Of a DNA stretch of 64,000 nt, positions 1 through 8,996 are shown piece by piece. Numbering within the stretch: position 1 is the stretch's first letter; every line of letters begins with the position of its first letter. A program made the translations under genes and the position numbers. Below the pieces are notes generated by a model. The model did not search any database and had not been told where the DNA came from. It saw only the letters and a list, made by a program, of their open reading frames with translations. The stretch is from Octopus vulgaris. Its lineage: Eukaryota. The stretch covers positions 109,678,001 to 109,742,000 of the forward strand of contig OX597820.1 in the NCBI GenBank assembly GCA_951406725.2. The letters run 5' to 3'.

Positions 1-30
1 TTTTTGGAAGTCTGTGTTTTCTCTGAAGGT

Positions 31-47
31 GTAGCGAGTGAATAGGG
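31..47. repeat. Target-site duplication of the tandem Tx1 insertion (left copy; right copy 10598-10614)
   Basis: GTAGCGAGTGAATAGGG occurs exactly at 31-47 and 10598-10614, directly flanking the two-copy element. Confidence 0.9.
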
Positions 48-253
48 TATTTCTTTATTATGATTATAAAAATCGATTACACAGAAGGACAAATACAGGA
101 CATATATACAAAAAAACATTTAAGAGATTCGATTAAAAATTTTCATTTACATTGGGATTATTCATTATAACATAAATGTCCTTTACATAACCCGTATAAC
201 AAACATCAGTACATGAACTTATAATCTCACTGGAGTTTTTACACCCCGGCAAT

Positions 254-3200
254 TTATGAGGCCCTGCAGCTTTTATTTCCTCTCCTTCCTCCATGGTCAA
301 GCTGGGTTTCTGACACCCACCTTTTTTCCACTTCCTTCCATCTTTTCTCATACACACCCCGCGGTAAGATCCTCTTTTCCAGCCCCATTTTGCTCTTCAG
401 ATGATATCTGAAGTAAGTGAGCAAGCCGGGGCCGGAGACAAAGGATCCTATCGCGGCTCCTTCCATTCTCGTTCTCCACATACATTCTTTTACTACTGCA
501 ACCGTGCAGTGAAAACATGCCTCACCTTCCTTCGAGAGTCCAGTTGGCGGTATCATCTTAATCATAGACTCAGCCGACAGCTGTACTCGTCCCAGATGCG
601 ATAACACGTGTTCTGCGTAACTTATCAAGTCGGACAACTTCCGACAGTGAACAAAAGCGTGCTGGACGGTTTCATCGTCCAACTCGCACCTTGGACACGT
701 CGGTGGCACTGAAACTCCGTGCCGCGATAACTTCTCGCGAACAGGTAAAGCATTCCTATAGCACTGCCAGGCCAGGGATCTTTGGAAATTATCCAAATAC
801 CCCGACCTGAAAGTTTTTTTAAACAGGTTGGTAAGCTGGTCTTCGTCAAACCCCAGAGCCCCTCCTAGGACGTCGTCGTTTTTTAACTCTACCAGCTTTC
901 TATAAAATACTGAGGTGGTATTTCCGCAGCCGGCCTTGCCCGCCTTGTGGATCAGCGTGAGTGCCTGTCGGCACTCCTTTTGCCATGGAGTCAGTTTCCA
1001 TCTTTTGATGTAACCGGGTTTAAAATTCACTAAGGAGGCCGGTCTCGGGAAAAATCCCCCTGCCAGCGGACTCCACACCTTATCACCCTCCAGGTGGTGC
1101 CAGAGATGCCTTAGCCTCAACGCATGTCTGCGCATCATCAACCAAGGCATTCCTAACCCACCCTTTAACGGTTCCTGGCAGCAAACGGAGCGCCTCACAA
1201 GTGGCCTTCCTCCTTTCCACAAAAAGCGGAAAAGGATTCGCTCCAACTTGTTAAGCCATGAATCGGGGCAGGGGACAACGGTCAGGCGGTAGGTGATTAC
1301 AGATGCAATGAACATCTGCACCACCTCCGCCTTTCCTTTCAAGGACAGAAACCTTCCGGACCAGGTCCGTACTATGGCTTCCACCTTGCTTGTCACCTCA
1401 CTCCAGTTCTTCTCCGTTTGGGAGTCTGGCCCAAACCAAACTCCCAGCAACTTAACAGGGCCATCCGTCCAGTGTCCCACGACACTGGACGATATCGACT
1501 TGCTCCTCCAGGTGCCGAGGCGCAAGCCAACCGATTTGTCCTTGTTAACCTTTGCTCCTGCCACCGCCTCGTATCCTCTGATAGCCTCCTCTACACAAGG
1601 TAGTTGGGCCTCTTTGGACACGATGAGGGTGACGTCATCCGCATAAGCAGTAACCGTCCTCCCACCTCCGATTTCATCCGAGTTACTCCCCAGCCTCTCC
1701 AACCTTCGCAGCAATGGCTCAAGAGCCAATACGTACAAAAGTGGTGACAAGGGGCACCCCTGACGCACTGAACACTCGATCGAAAACGGTTCCGTTAGGT
1801 AACCGTTTATCTGGACGGTGGACTTGATGCCGCTATACATAGCGGAGATCCACCCGCGAAATTCAGGGCCCAGCCCAGCCGCTTCGAGGACCGTCGCCAG
1901 GTACCCATGGTCTACCCTATCGAAGGCTTTACTTTGGTCTAAATGGACCATTACCCCGCCTTTGCCGGCTAATTTACCCACCCTATCTAAGGTGTAGCGT
2001 ATAAGGTGAAGGTTGTCCTGGATCGACCTGCCTGGAATTGCACATGTCTGTGCTCTCCCTACAAGTTTCTCCACGACAACCGTCAACCTTTTTGCCAACA
2101 CCTTGGCCAAAATCTTTAACTCTACATTAAGTAGAGTTATGGGCCTGTAGTTACTGATGTTATCCCCCTTGCTCGGGTCTTTCTGGATTAGCGTCACCAC
2201 TCCCCGGCTTACAGAACTGGGAATTCTCCCATTCTGCTGCCAGTTCGTGTAGACGCCCGCCAGTATTCCCCCGAACAAGTCCGGCATACTTTGGTAAAAC
2301 TCGTAGGGCAGACCATCCAACCCCGGCGACTTCTCCCCGGCGCATCCGGCCAGTATCTCCTTTATCTCCGCGGGAGTGATCGCTCCTTCACAGCACTCCA
2401 CCTCACGCCCCGCGAGCCGCGGTCCGCCGGCTAGGAAGTCCTTTAAGGCTCTCCCCCGATCCAGCGGACCACCACCCCCGAACACGCGGGCGAAATGCTG
2501 GTGAAGAAACTTTTGCATCTCCTCCTGTCCATAGATCTTTTGTCCCTGTTCGTCAGTCAAAGATTTGATTGAGGCTCTGTTGCCTCTCTGACTCTCCACA
2601 CGACGGGCCCATCCGGCCACGTTAATACCTTCTCGTTTCCCAGCGCGCAGCTTAGCTCTGACTCTGCAACCTTCGTGTTTGGAGTTAAGGTGACGGTACA
2701 ATACCGTCCTTGCCGCCAACACTCCGGATGCAGAGCCAGCTTCCATTGCCTCGTCTAGATTCTTAACTAAATCGCCCTCTAGACTAGCCCTATCTATCCT
2801 TAGCTGATTGCTAAATCTAACGGACTCTAAACGAATGGCTCTTTTGAGGGCGTGCCACCATCTATTGTTAATGATGGTGCCACACAATGCCCTCTGAACT
2901 AACACCTTAATCCGGGTACGGAAGTCTTCACAATTCAAAATAGCCTTGTTCAGCTTCCAGTACCCGGGTCCCTGTCTATGACACTTGTCTAATTGCATCT
3001 CACACGTCACAAATTTGTGATCCGAGTAAGGTACAATATGAAATTGTGGACAACTAAACGTATCCTTATCTCTTTTCTTAATAATTATCCTATCTAGATA
3101 CGATCTGTGTGAGCCGTCGTTGTTACTCCACGTCCACTGTGGAACGCTCGGCTCATCCAGTCGGTAACGGTCCACTAGATCAAAGCTCTCTAGTAGACCC

Positions 3201-3331
3201 TTGAGGCTAGGGTTCCCCTTCCTATTGGTTGAGCCAACATTGTCGATGTGCGCTTCAAGGACAGTGTTAAAGTCCCCTACTAGGATTACTGTTTTCGACG
3301 TCGCTAAAAAGGGCTCCAGGTTCCGAAAAAA
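254..3331 (-). CDS. Tx1 ORF2 main frame, copy 1: APE C-terminal half, reverse transcriptase and zf-RVT
   Basis: Motifs VGDFN, YLDR, SDH, GYWKLN, KSPGLDG, NYRPITLLN, KAFDRVDH, QGCPLSP, YADD, CPRC..ETVQHAFVHC; frame is open upstream of the called GTG start (3175) to the T6 run at 3331. Confidence 0.92.
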   Translation of the reverse strand, partial: FFRNLEPFLATSKTVILVGDFNTVLEAHIDNVGSTNRKGNPSLKGLLESFDLVDRYRLDEPSVPQWTWSNNDGSHRSYLDRIIIKKRDKDTFSCPQFHIVPYSDHKFVTCEMQLDKCHRQGPGYWKLNKAILNCEDFRTRIKVLVQRALCGTIINNRWWHALKRAIRLESVRFSNQLRIDRASLEGDLVKNLDEAMEAGSASGVLAARTVLYRHLNSKHEGCRVRAKLRAGKREGINVAGWARRVESQRGNRASIKSLTDEQGQKIYGQEEMQKFLHQHFARVFGGGGPLDRGRALKDFLAGGPRLAGREVECCEGAITPAEIKEILAGCAGEKSPGLDGLPYEFYQSMPDLFGGILAGVYTNWQQNGRIPSSVSRGVVTLIQKDPSKGDNISNYRPITLLNVELKILAKVLAKRLTVVVEKLVGRAQTCAIPGRSIQDNLHLIRYTLDRVGKLAGKGGVMVHLDQSKAFDRVDHGYLATVLEAAGLGPEFRGWISAMYSGIKSTVQINGYLTEPFSIECSVRQGCPLSPLLYVLALEPLLRRLERLGSNSDEIGGGRTVTAYADDVTLIVSKEAQLPCVEEAIRGYEAVAGAKVNKDKSVGLRLGTWRSKSISSSVVGHWTDGPVKLLGVWFGPDSQTEKNWSEVTSKVEAIVRTWSGRFLSLKGKAEVVQMFIASVITYRLTVVPCPDSWLNKLERILFRFLWKGGRPLVRRSVCCQEPLKGGLGMPWLMMRRHALRLRHLWHHLEGDKVWSPLAGGFFPRPASLVNFKPGYIKRWKLTPWQKECRQALTLIHKAGKAGCGNTTSVFYRKLVELKNDDVLGGALGFDEDQLTNLFKKTFRSGYLDNFQRSLAWQCYRNALPVREKLSRHGVSVPPTCPRCELDDETVQHAFVHCRKLSDLISYAEHVLSHLGRVQLSAESMIKMIPPTGLSKEGEACFHCTVAVVKECMWRTRMEGAAIGSFVSGPGLLTYFRYHLKSKMGLEKRILPRGVYEKRWKEVEKRWVSETQLDHGGRRGNKSCRAS

Positions 3332-3684
3332 CCCGTCTGTCTACCCTCGTTCGGGGCGTAGACAGCTACCAACCTGAAGGACTGTTTACTTACGTGAGTC
3401 ACATCCAGGACAACCAGCCTGCCTTCTGGGTCCAGAAAGACAGTACTTACCTGCAAGTCCAAGCTCTTCCTGATGAAGACTGCCACGCCTCTGCCTCCTC
3501 CTCGGCTAGGAGAAATAAATTTCTCGAAACCATTTAGAAGAGGCGAGAACGCTTGGGTCTCGCTCATCTTGGACTCGGTTGCAATAGCTATATCTACACC
3601 ATGTGTCGTGAGGTCGTTCAGGAAACAAATTTGTTTCCGTTTCGACCCCATTCCACGTACATTTATACAACCCAGCTTAGCCAT
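3304..3684 (-). CDS. Tx1 ORF2 N-terminus, copy 1 (APE endonuclease first half), out of frame with the rest
   Basis: INVRG, ATESK, GVAVFIRK, DPEGR and VYAPN APE motifs; stop follows the G GGT TTT TTC run. Confidence 0.88.
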   Translation of the reverse strand: MAKLGCINVRGMGSKRKQICFLNDLTTHGVDIAIATESKMSETQAFSPLLNGFEKFISPSRGGGRGVAVFIRKSLDLQVSTVFLDPEGRLVVLDVTHVSKQSFRLVAVYAPNEGRQTGFFGTWSPF

Positions 3685-3712
3685 TGTAGGTTAGAGAGAA
3701 AAATAAATGTAC

Positions 3713-5128
3713 TCACGGTTGGGAAAGGGAGCATGACAGTTTAAATCTGCCTGCTTCCCCTTCTTCCGCTGCTGCAGGGCTCTTGACCGGCGTTGCCACC
3801 GGGCTCTGGGTGGGTGTGGTTGCCGGGGTTATTATCAGTTTGCCCTCCATTACCTCTTTGGTCACGTCTCTTATCAGTCGGCTCCTCAGATGCTCCTGAA
3901 GAACCTCCTCTCTCCACTCGTCCTCCCCCACCTTCGCGAAGCGAGCGGTTGCCTTCACGTCTGTGGCTCTACTAAACAATGCAAATCTTGAGAATTTGCA
4001 ACAATTGTACACTCTTTCGTTGTTCTCGTCGAAAGCTATGATCCTCTCGTTCTTCTGTAAACACTTTTTTATGTCTTGTTTTATGGGGAGGGGCTTGGCA
4101 AACTGTTTTCCAATGAAAACAGTGCCATGGGGGTAGGGTTGGGGGATTTGCTTGGTGTGTGTGTCTGCTGTGTTTGCTGTTTTTTTCTTTGTTTGGGGAG
4201 GGGAGTCCTGGGTATTATCCTTTTTTCTTTTATGAGTGACTTGTGTGTAGTCCATTGGTTCTGTATGGTCCGTTTTTGTTTCCGTATTCGTCTTTTTGTT
4301 GTCTTTTCCTGTTTTCTCCCCTTCAGTGTTGGGGACACTTTGGGGAGGCGCTTCTTCTGTTCTCTTCTTTTTTATACAATTTGATCGGACGTGACCCTTC
4401 TCTCCACACTTGAAACATCTGGGTCTACGTCCCTCTACGAAACTCTCATTGACGTACCGTCCTCATTGAAGATTCTATCGGGCAGGTTTTCAAAATTTTG
4501 TTCTCCGCCTGCACGAGGAGTTCTAGGGTCTGACCCTTCCACCGCACCACCTCTTTCCTTCTCATCTGCAGTATCGATATTTCTCGTTCAATGTTGTGCA
4601 GGACCGCCGCTGCTACCCACATGATGTCGTACCCTCTGGGTATGTCTTCTACCAGTAACTTCGCTGTACGCTTCCCCATGTACGAGGGTAGCAGCATGAT
4701 GTCGTCGTTTTTTAGGGTCAACGACGACACCTCTCTCGCTACCTCGGCTGTGTCGAAATGTGCCTCGACTGTAGCACTGTGTGCACCTCTAACGACATGA
4801 CGAATTTTGTCCCACACCGGGGACAGGCACTTTTCTACCATTTCATTCTTTACATCCATTATCTTCTTTTCTTTAAAGCTGTATACCTTGTAGATAACTA
4901 TTCTTTCTTTAATTTCTTGTACCTTTGCCTGCGGCGGTACAAGCCTTATCTCGCCTCCTTCCACTTTTACTAGGTTCCTGAATTCGTACAATTGTTCGAT
5001 TTTAAACTCGACATCCATCATGGCGCCGCCCACCGCGGCCGAGAATGACTGTTTGGGTACTTCTTTTCCATATTTTCACTTTTTCCCATCACGGGAAAAT
5101 CCTCCTTCGACGTCAAGTCGAAATCCAT
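3713..5128 (-). pseudogene. Tx1 ORF1, copy 1, broken by three 1-nt deletions relative to copy 2
   Basis: ORF pieces 3713-4255, 4446-5033 and 5018-5233 match the intact ORF1 of copy 2; deletions near 4438, 4494 and 5064. Confidence 0.85.
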
Positions 5129-5537
5129 TACCTCGAAGGTAATAAAAACGCAGGTAATACAAAATTTTCTGCCCCGTAGGGCGAAAATTACCGTTATACA
5201 ACGGGCACTGTTCAAAACAGTTAGCACAAACAATAATAGTACAAATCCGAACTCTCTTAAATGAAGGCAGCAATTTTCTCACAACGCAGATGAACAGTAA
5301 CTCGAGAATAGAATCGAGAAGAGAGATAGGGTATTTCTTTATTATGATTATAAAAATCGATTACACAGAAGGACAAATACAGGACATATATACAAAAAAA
5401 CATTTAAGAGATTCGATTAAAAATTTTCATTTACATTGGGATTATTCATTATAACATAAATGTCCTTTACATAACCCGTATAACAAACAACAGTACATGA
5501 ACTTATAATCTCACTGGAGTTTTTACACCCCGGCAAT

Positions 5538-8500
5538 TTATGAGGCCCTGCAGCTTTTATTTCCTCTCCTTCCTCCATGGTCAAGCTGGGTTTCTGACAC
5601 CCACCTTTTTTCCACTTCCTTCCATCTTTTCTCATACACACCCCGCGGTAAGATCCTCTTTTCCAGCCCCATTTTGCTCTTCAGATGATATCTGAAGTAA
5701 GTGAGCAAGCCGGGGCCGGAGACAAAGGATCCTATCGCGGCTCCTTCCATTCTCGTTCTCCACATACATTCTTTTACTACTGCAACCGTGCAGTGAAAAC
5801 ATGCCTCACCTTCCTTCGAGAGTCCAGTTGGCGGTATCATCTTAATCATAGACTCAGCCGACAGCTGTACTCGTCCCAGATGCGATAACACGTGTTCTGC
5901 GTAACTTATCAAGTCGGACAACTTCCGACAGTGAACAAAAGCGTGCTGGACGGTTTCATCGTCCAACTCGCACCTTGGACACGTCGGTGGCACTGAAACT
6001 CCGTGCCGCGATAACTTCTCGCGAACAGGTAAAGCATTCCTATAGCACTGCCAGGCCAGGGATCTTTGGAAATTATCCAAATACCCCGACCTGAAAGTTT
6101 TTTTAAACAGGTTGGTAAGCTGGTCTTCGTCAAACCCCAGAGCCCCTCCTAGGACGTCGTCGTTTTTTAACTCTACCAGCTTTCTATAAAATACCGAGGT
6201 GGTATTTCCGCAGCCGGCCTTGCCCGCCTTGTGGATCAGCGTGAGTGCCTGTCGGCACTCCTTTTGCCATGGAGTCAGTTTCCATCTTTTGATGTAACCG
6301 GGTTTAAAATTCACTAAGGAGGCCGGTCTCGGGAAAAATCCCCCTGCCAGCGGACTCCACACCTTATCACCCTCCAGGTGGTGCCAGAGATGCCTTAGCC
6401 TCAACGCATGTCTGCGCATCATCAACCAAGGCATTCCTAACCCACCCTTTAACGGTTCCTGGCAGCAAACGGAGCGCCTCACAAGTGGCCTTCCTCCTTT
6501 CCACAAAAAGCGGAAAAGGATTCGCTCCAACTTGTTAAGCCATGAATCGGGGCAGGGGACAACGGTCAGGCGGTAGGTGATTACAGATGCAATGAACATC
6601 TGCACCACCTCCGCCTTTCCTTTCAAGGACAGAAACCTTCCGGACCAGGTCCGTACTATGGCTTCCACCTTGCTTGTCACCTCACTCCAGTTCTTCTCCG
6701 TTTGGGAGTCTGGCCCAAACCAAACTCCCAGCAACTTAACAGGGCCATCCGTCCAGTGTCCCACGACACTGGACGATATCGACTTGCTCCTCCAGGTGCC
6801 GAGGCGCAAGCCAACCGATTTGTCCTTGTTAACCTTTGCTCCTGCCACCGCCTCGTATCCTCTGATAGCCTCCTCTACACAAGGTAGTTGGGCCTCTTTG
6901 GACACGATGAGGGTGACGTCATCCGCATAAGCAGTAACCGTCCTCCCACCTCCGATTTCATCCGAGTTACTCCCCAGCCTCTCCAACCTTCGCAGCAATG
7001 GCTCAAGAGCCAATACGTACAAAAGTGGTGACAAGGGGCACCCCTGACGCACTGAACACTCGATCGAAAACGGTTCCGTTAGGTAACCGTTTATCTGGAC
7101 GGTGGACTTGATGCCGCTATACATAGCGGAGATCCACCCGCGAAATTCAGGGCCCAGCCCAGCCGCTTCGAGGACCGTCGCCAGGTACCCATGGTCTACC
7201 CTATCGAAGGCTTTACTTTGGTCTAAATGGACCATTACCCCGCCTTTGCCGGCTAATTTACCCACCCTATCTAAGGTGTAGCGTATAAGGTGAAGGTTGT
7301 CCTGGATCGACCTGCCTGGAATTGCACATGTCTGTGCTCTCCCTACAAGTTTCTCCACGACAACCGTCAACCTTTTTGCCAACACCTTGGCCAAAATCTT
7401 TAACTCTACATTAAGTAGAGTTATGGGCCTGTAGTTACTGATGTTATCCCCCTTGCTCGGGTCTTTCTGGATTAGCGTCACCACTCCCCGGCTTACAGAA
7501 CTGGGAATTCTCCCATTCTGCTGCCAGTTCGTGTAGACGCCCGCCAGTATTCCCCCGAACAAGTCCGGCATACTTTGGTAAAACTCGTAGGGCAGACCAT
7601 CCAACCCCGGCGACTTCTCCCCGGCGCATCCGGCCAGTATCTCCTTTATCTCCGCGGGAGTGATCGCTCCTTCACAGCACTCCACCTCACGCCCCGCGAG
7701 CCGCGGTCCGCCGGCTAGGAAGTCCTTTAAGGCCCTCCCCCGATCCAGCGGACCACCACCCCCGAACACACGGGCGAAATGCTGGTGAAGAAACTTTTGC
7801 ATCTCCTCCTGTCCATAGATCTTTTGTCCCTGTTCGTCAGTCAAAGATTTGATTGAGGCTCTGTTGCCTCTCTGACTCTCCACACGACGGGCCCATCCGG
7901 CCACGTTAATACCTTCTCGTTTCCCAGCGCGCAGCTTAGCTCTGACTCTGCAACCTTCGTGTTTGGAGTTAAGGTGACGGTACAATACCGTCCTTGCCGC
8001 CAACACTCCGGATGCAGAGCCAGCTTCCATTGCCTCGTCTAGATTCTTAACTAAATCGCCCTCTAGACTAGCCCTATCTATCCTTAGCTGATTGCTAAAT
8101 CTAACGGACTCTAAACGAATGGCTCTTTTGAGGGCGTGCCACCATCTATTGTTAATGATGGTGCCACACAATGCCCTCTGAACTAACACCTTAATCCGGG
8201 TACGGAAGTCTTCACAATTCAAAATAGCCTTGTTCAGCTTCCAGTACCCGGGTCCCTGTCTATGACACTTGTCTAATTGCATCTCACACGTCACAAATTT
8301 GTGATCCGAGTAAGGTACAATATGAAATTGTGGACAACTAAACGTATCCTTATCTCTTTTCTTAATAATTATCCTATCTAGATACGATCTGTGTGAGCCG
8401 TCGTTGTTACTCCACGTCCACTGTGGAACGCTCGGCTCATCCAGTCGGTAACGGTCCACTAGATCAAAGCTCTCTAGTAGACCCTTGAGGCTAGGGTTCC

Positions 8501-8615
8501 CCTTCCTATTGGTTGAGCCAACATTGTCGATGTGCGCTTCAAGGACAGTGTTAAAGTCCCCTACTAGGATTACTGTTTTCGACGTCGCTAAAAAGGGCTC
8601 CAGGTTCCGAAAAAA
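5538..8615 (-). CDS. Tx1 ORF2 main frame, copy 2 (APE C-half, RT, zf-RVT)
   Basis: The 973-aa translation is identical to copy 1. Confidence 0.92.
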   Translation of the reverse strand, partial: FFRNLEPFLATSKTVILVGDFNTVLEAHIDNVGSTNRKGNPSLKGLLESFDLVDRYRLDEPSVPQWTWSNNDGSHRSYLDRIIIKKRDKDTFSCPQFHIVPYSDHKFVTCEMQLDKCHRQGPGYWKLNKAILNCEDFRTRIKVLVQRALCGTIINNRWWHALKRAIRLESVRFSNQLRIDRASLEGDLVKNLDEAMEAGSASGVLAARTVLYRHLNSKHEGCRVRAKLRAGKREGINVAGWARRVESQRGNRASIKSLTDEQGQKIYGQEEMQKFLHQHFARVFGGGGPLDRGRALKDFLAGGPRLAGREVECCEGAITPAEIKEILAGCAGEKSPGLDGLPYEFYQSMPDLFGGILAGVYTNWQQNGRIPSSVSRGVVTLIQKDPSKGDNISNYRPITLLNVELKILAKVLAKRLTVVVEKLVGRAQTCAIPGRSIQDNLHLIRYTLDRVGKLAGKGGVMVHLDQSKAFDRVDHGYLATVLEAAGLGPEFRGWISAMYSGIKSTVQINGYLTEPFSIECSVRQGCPLSPLLYVLALEPLLRRLERLGSNSDEIGGGRTVTAYADDVTLIVSKEAQLPCVEEAIRGYEAVAGAKVNKDKSVGLRLGTWRSKSISSSVVGHWTDGPVKLLGVWFGPDSQTEKNWSEVTSKVEAIVRTWSGRFLSLKGKAEVVQMFIASVITYRLTVVPCPDSWLNKLERILFRFLWKGGRPLVRRSVCCQEPLKGGLGMPWLMMRRHALRLRHLWHHLEGDKVWSPLAGGFFPRPASLVNFKPGYIKRWKLTPWQKECRQALTLIHKAGKAGCGNTTSVFYRKLVELKNDDVLGGALGFDEDQLTNLFKKTFRSGYLDNFQRSLAWQCYRNALPVREKLSRHGVSVPPTCPRCELDDETVQHAFVHCRKLSDLISYAEHVLSHLGRVQLSAESMIKMIPPTGLSKEGEACFHCTVAVVKECMWRTRMEGAAIGSFVSGPGLLTYFRYHLKSKMGLEKRILPRGVYEKRWKEVEKRWVSETQLDHGGRRGNKSCRAS

Positions 8616-8968
8616 CCCGTCTGTCTACCCTCGTTCGGGGCGTAGACAGCTACCAACCTGAAGGACTGTTTACTTACGTGAGTCACATCCAGGACAACCA
8701 GCCTGCCTTCTGGGTCCAGAAAGACAGTACTTACCTGCAAGTCCAAGCTCTTCCTGATGAAGACTGCCACGCCTCTGCCTCCTCCTCGGCTAGGAGAAAT
8801 AAATTTCTCGAAACCATTTAGAAGAGGCGAGAACGCTTGGGTCTCGCTCATCTTGGACTCGGTTGCAATAGCAATATCTACACCATGTGTCGTGAGGTCG
8901 TTCAGGAAACAAATTTGTTTCCGTTTCGACCCCATTCCACGTACATTTATACAACCCAGCTTAGCCAT
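8588..8968 (-). CDS. Tx1 ORF2 N-terminus, copy 2 (APE first half)
   Basis: Identical 126-aa peptide and the same frameshift position as copy 1. Confidence 0.88.
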   Translation of the reverse strand: MAKLGCINVRGMGSKRKQICFLNDLTTHGVDIAIATESKMSETQAFSPLLNGFEKFISPSRGGGRGVAVFIRKSLDLQVSTVFLDPEGRLVVLDVTHVSKQSFRLVAVYAPNEGRQTGFFGTWSPF

Positions 8969-8996
8969 TGTAGGTTAGAGAGAAAAATAAATGTAC

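Larger units (their letters stand above)
48..5308 (-). mobile_element. Full-length Tx1-clade (L1 group) non-LTR retrotransposon, copy 1
   Basis: ORF1 with CCHC knuckle, then ORF2 with APE endonuclease, RT and C-terminal zinc finger; 3' end AATAAAGAAATA; repeated at offset 5284. Confidence 0.92.

Noticed and set aside
1-47. Target region as a histone or other host-gene 5' UTR
   Set aside because: No coding sequence is visible in the window, and the flank matches a repeat-associated module at ~62540; it cannot be fully excluded without upstream sequence
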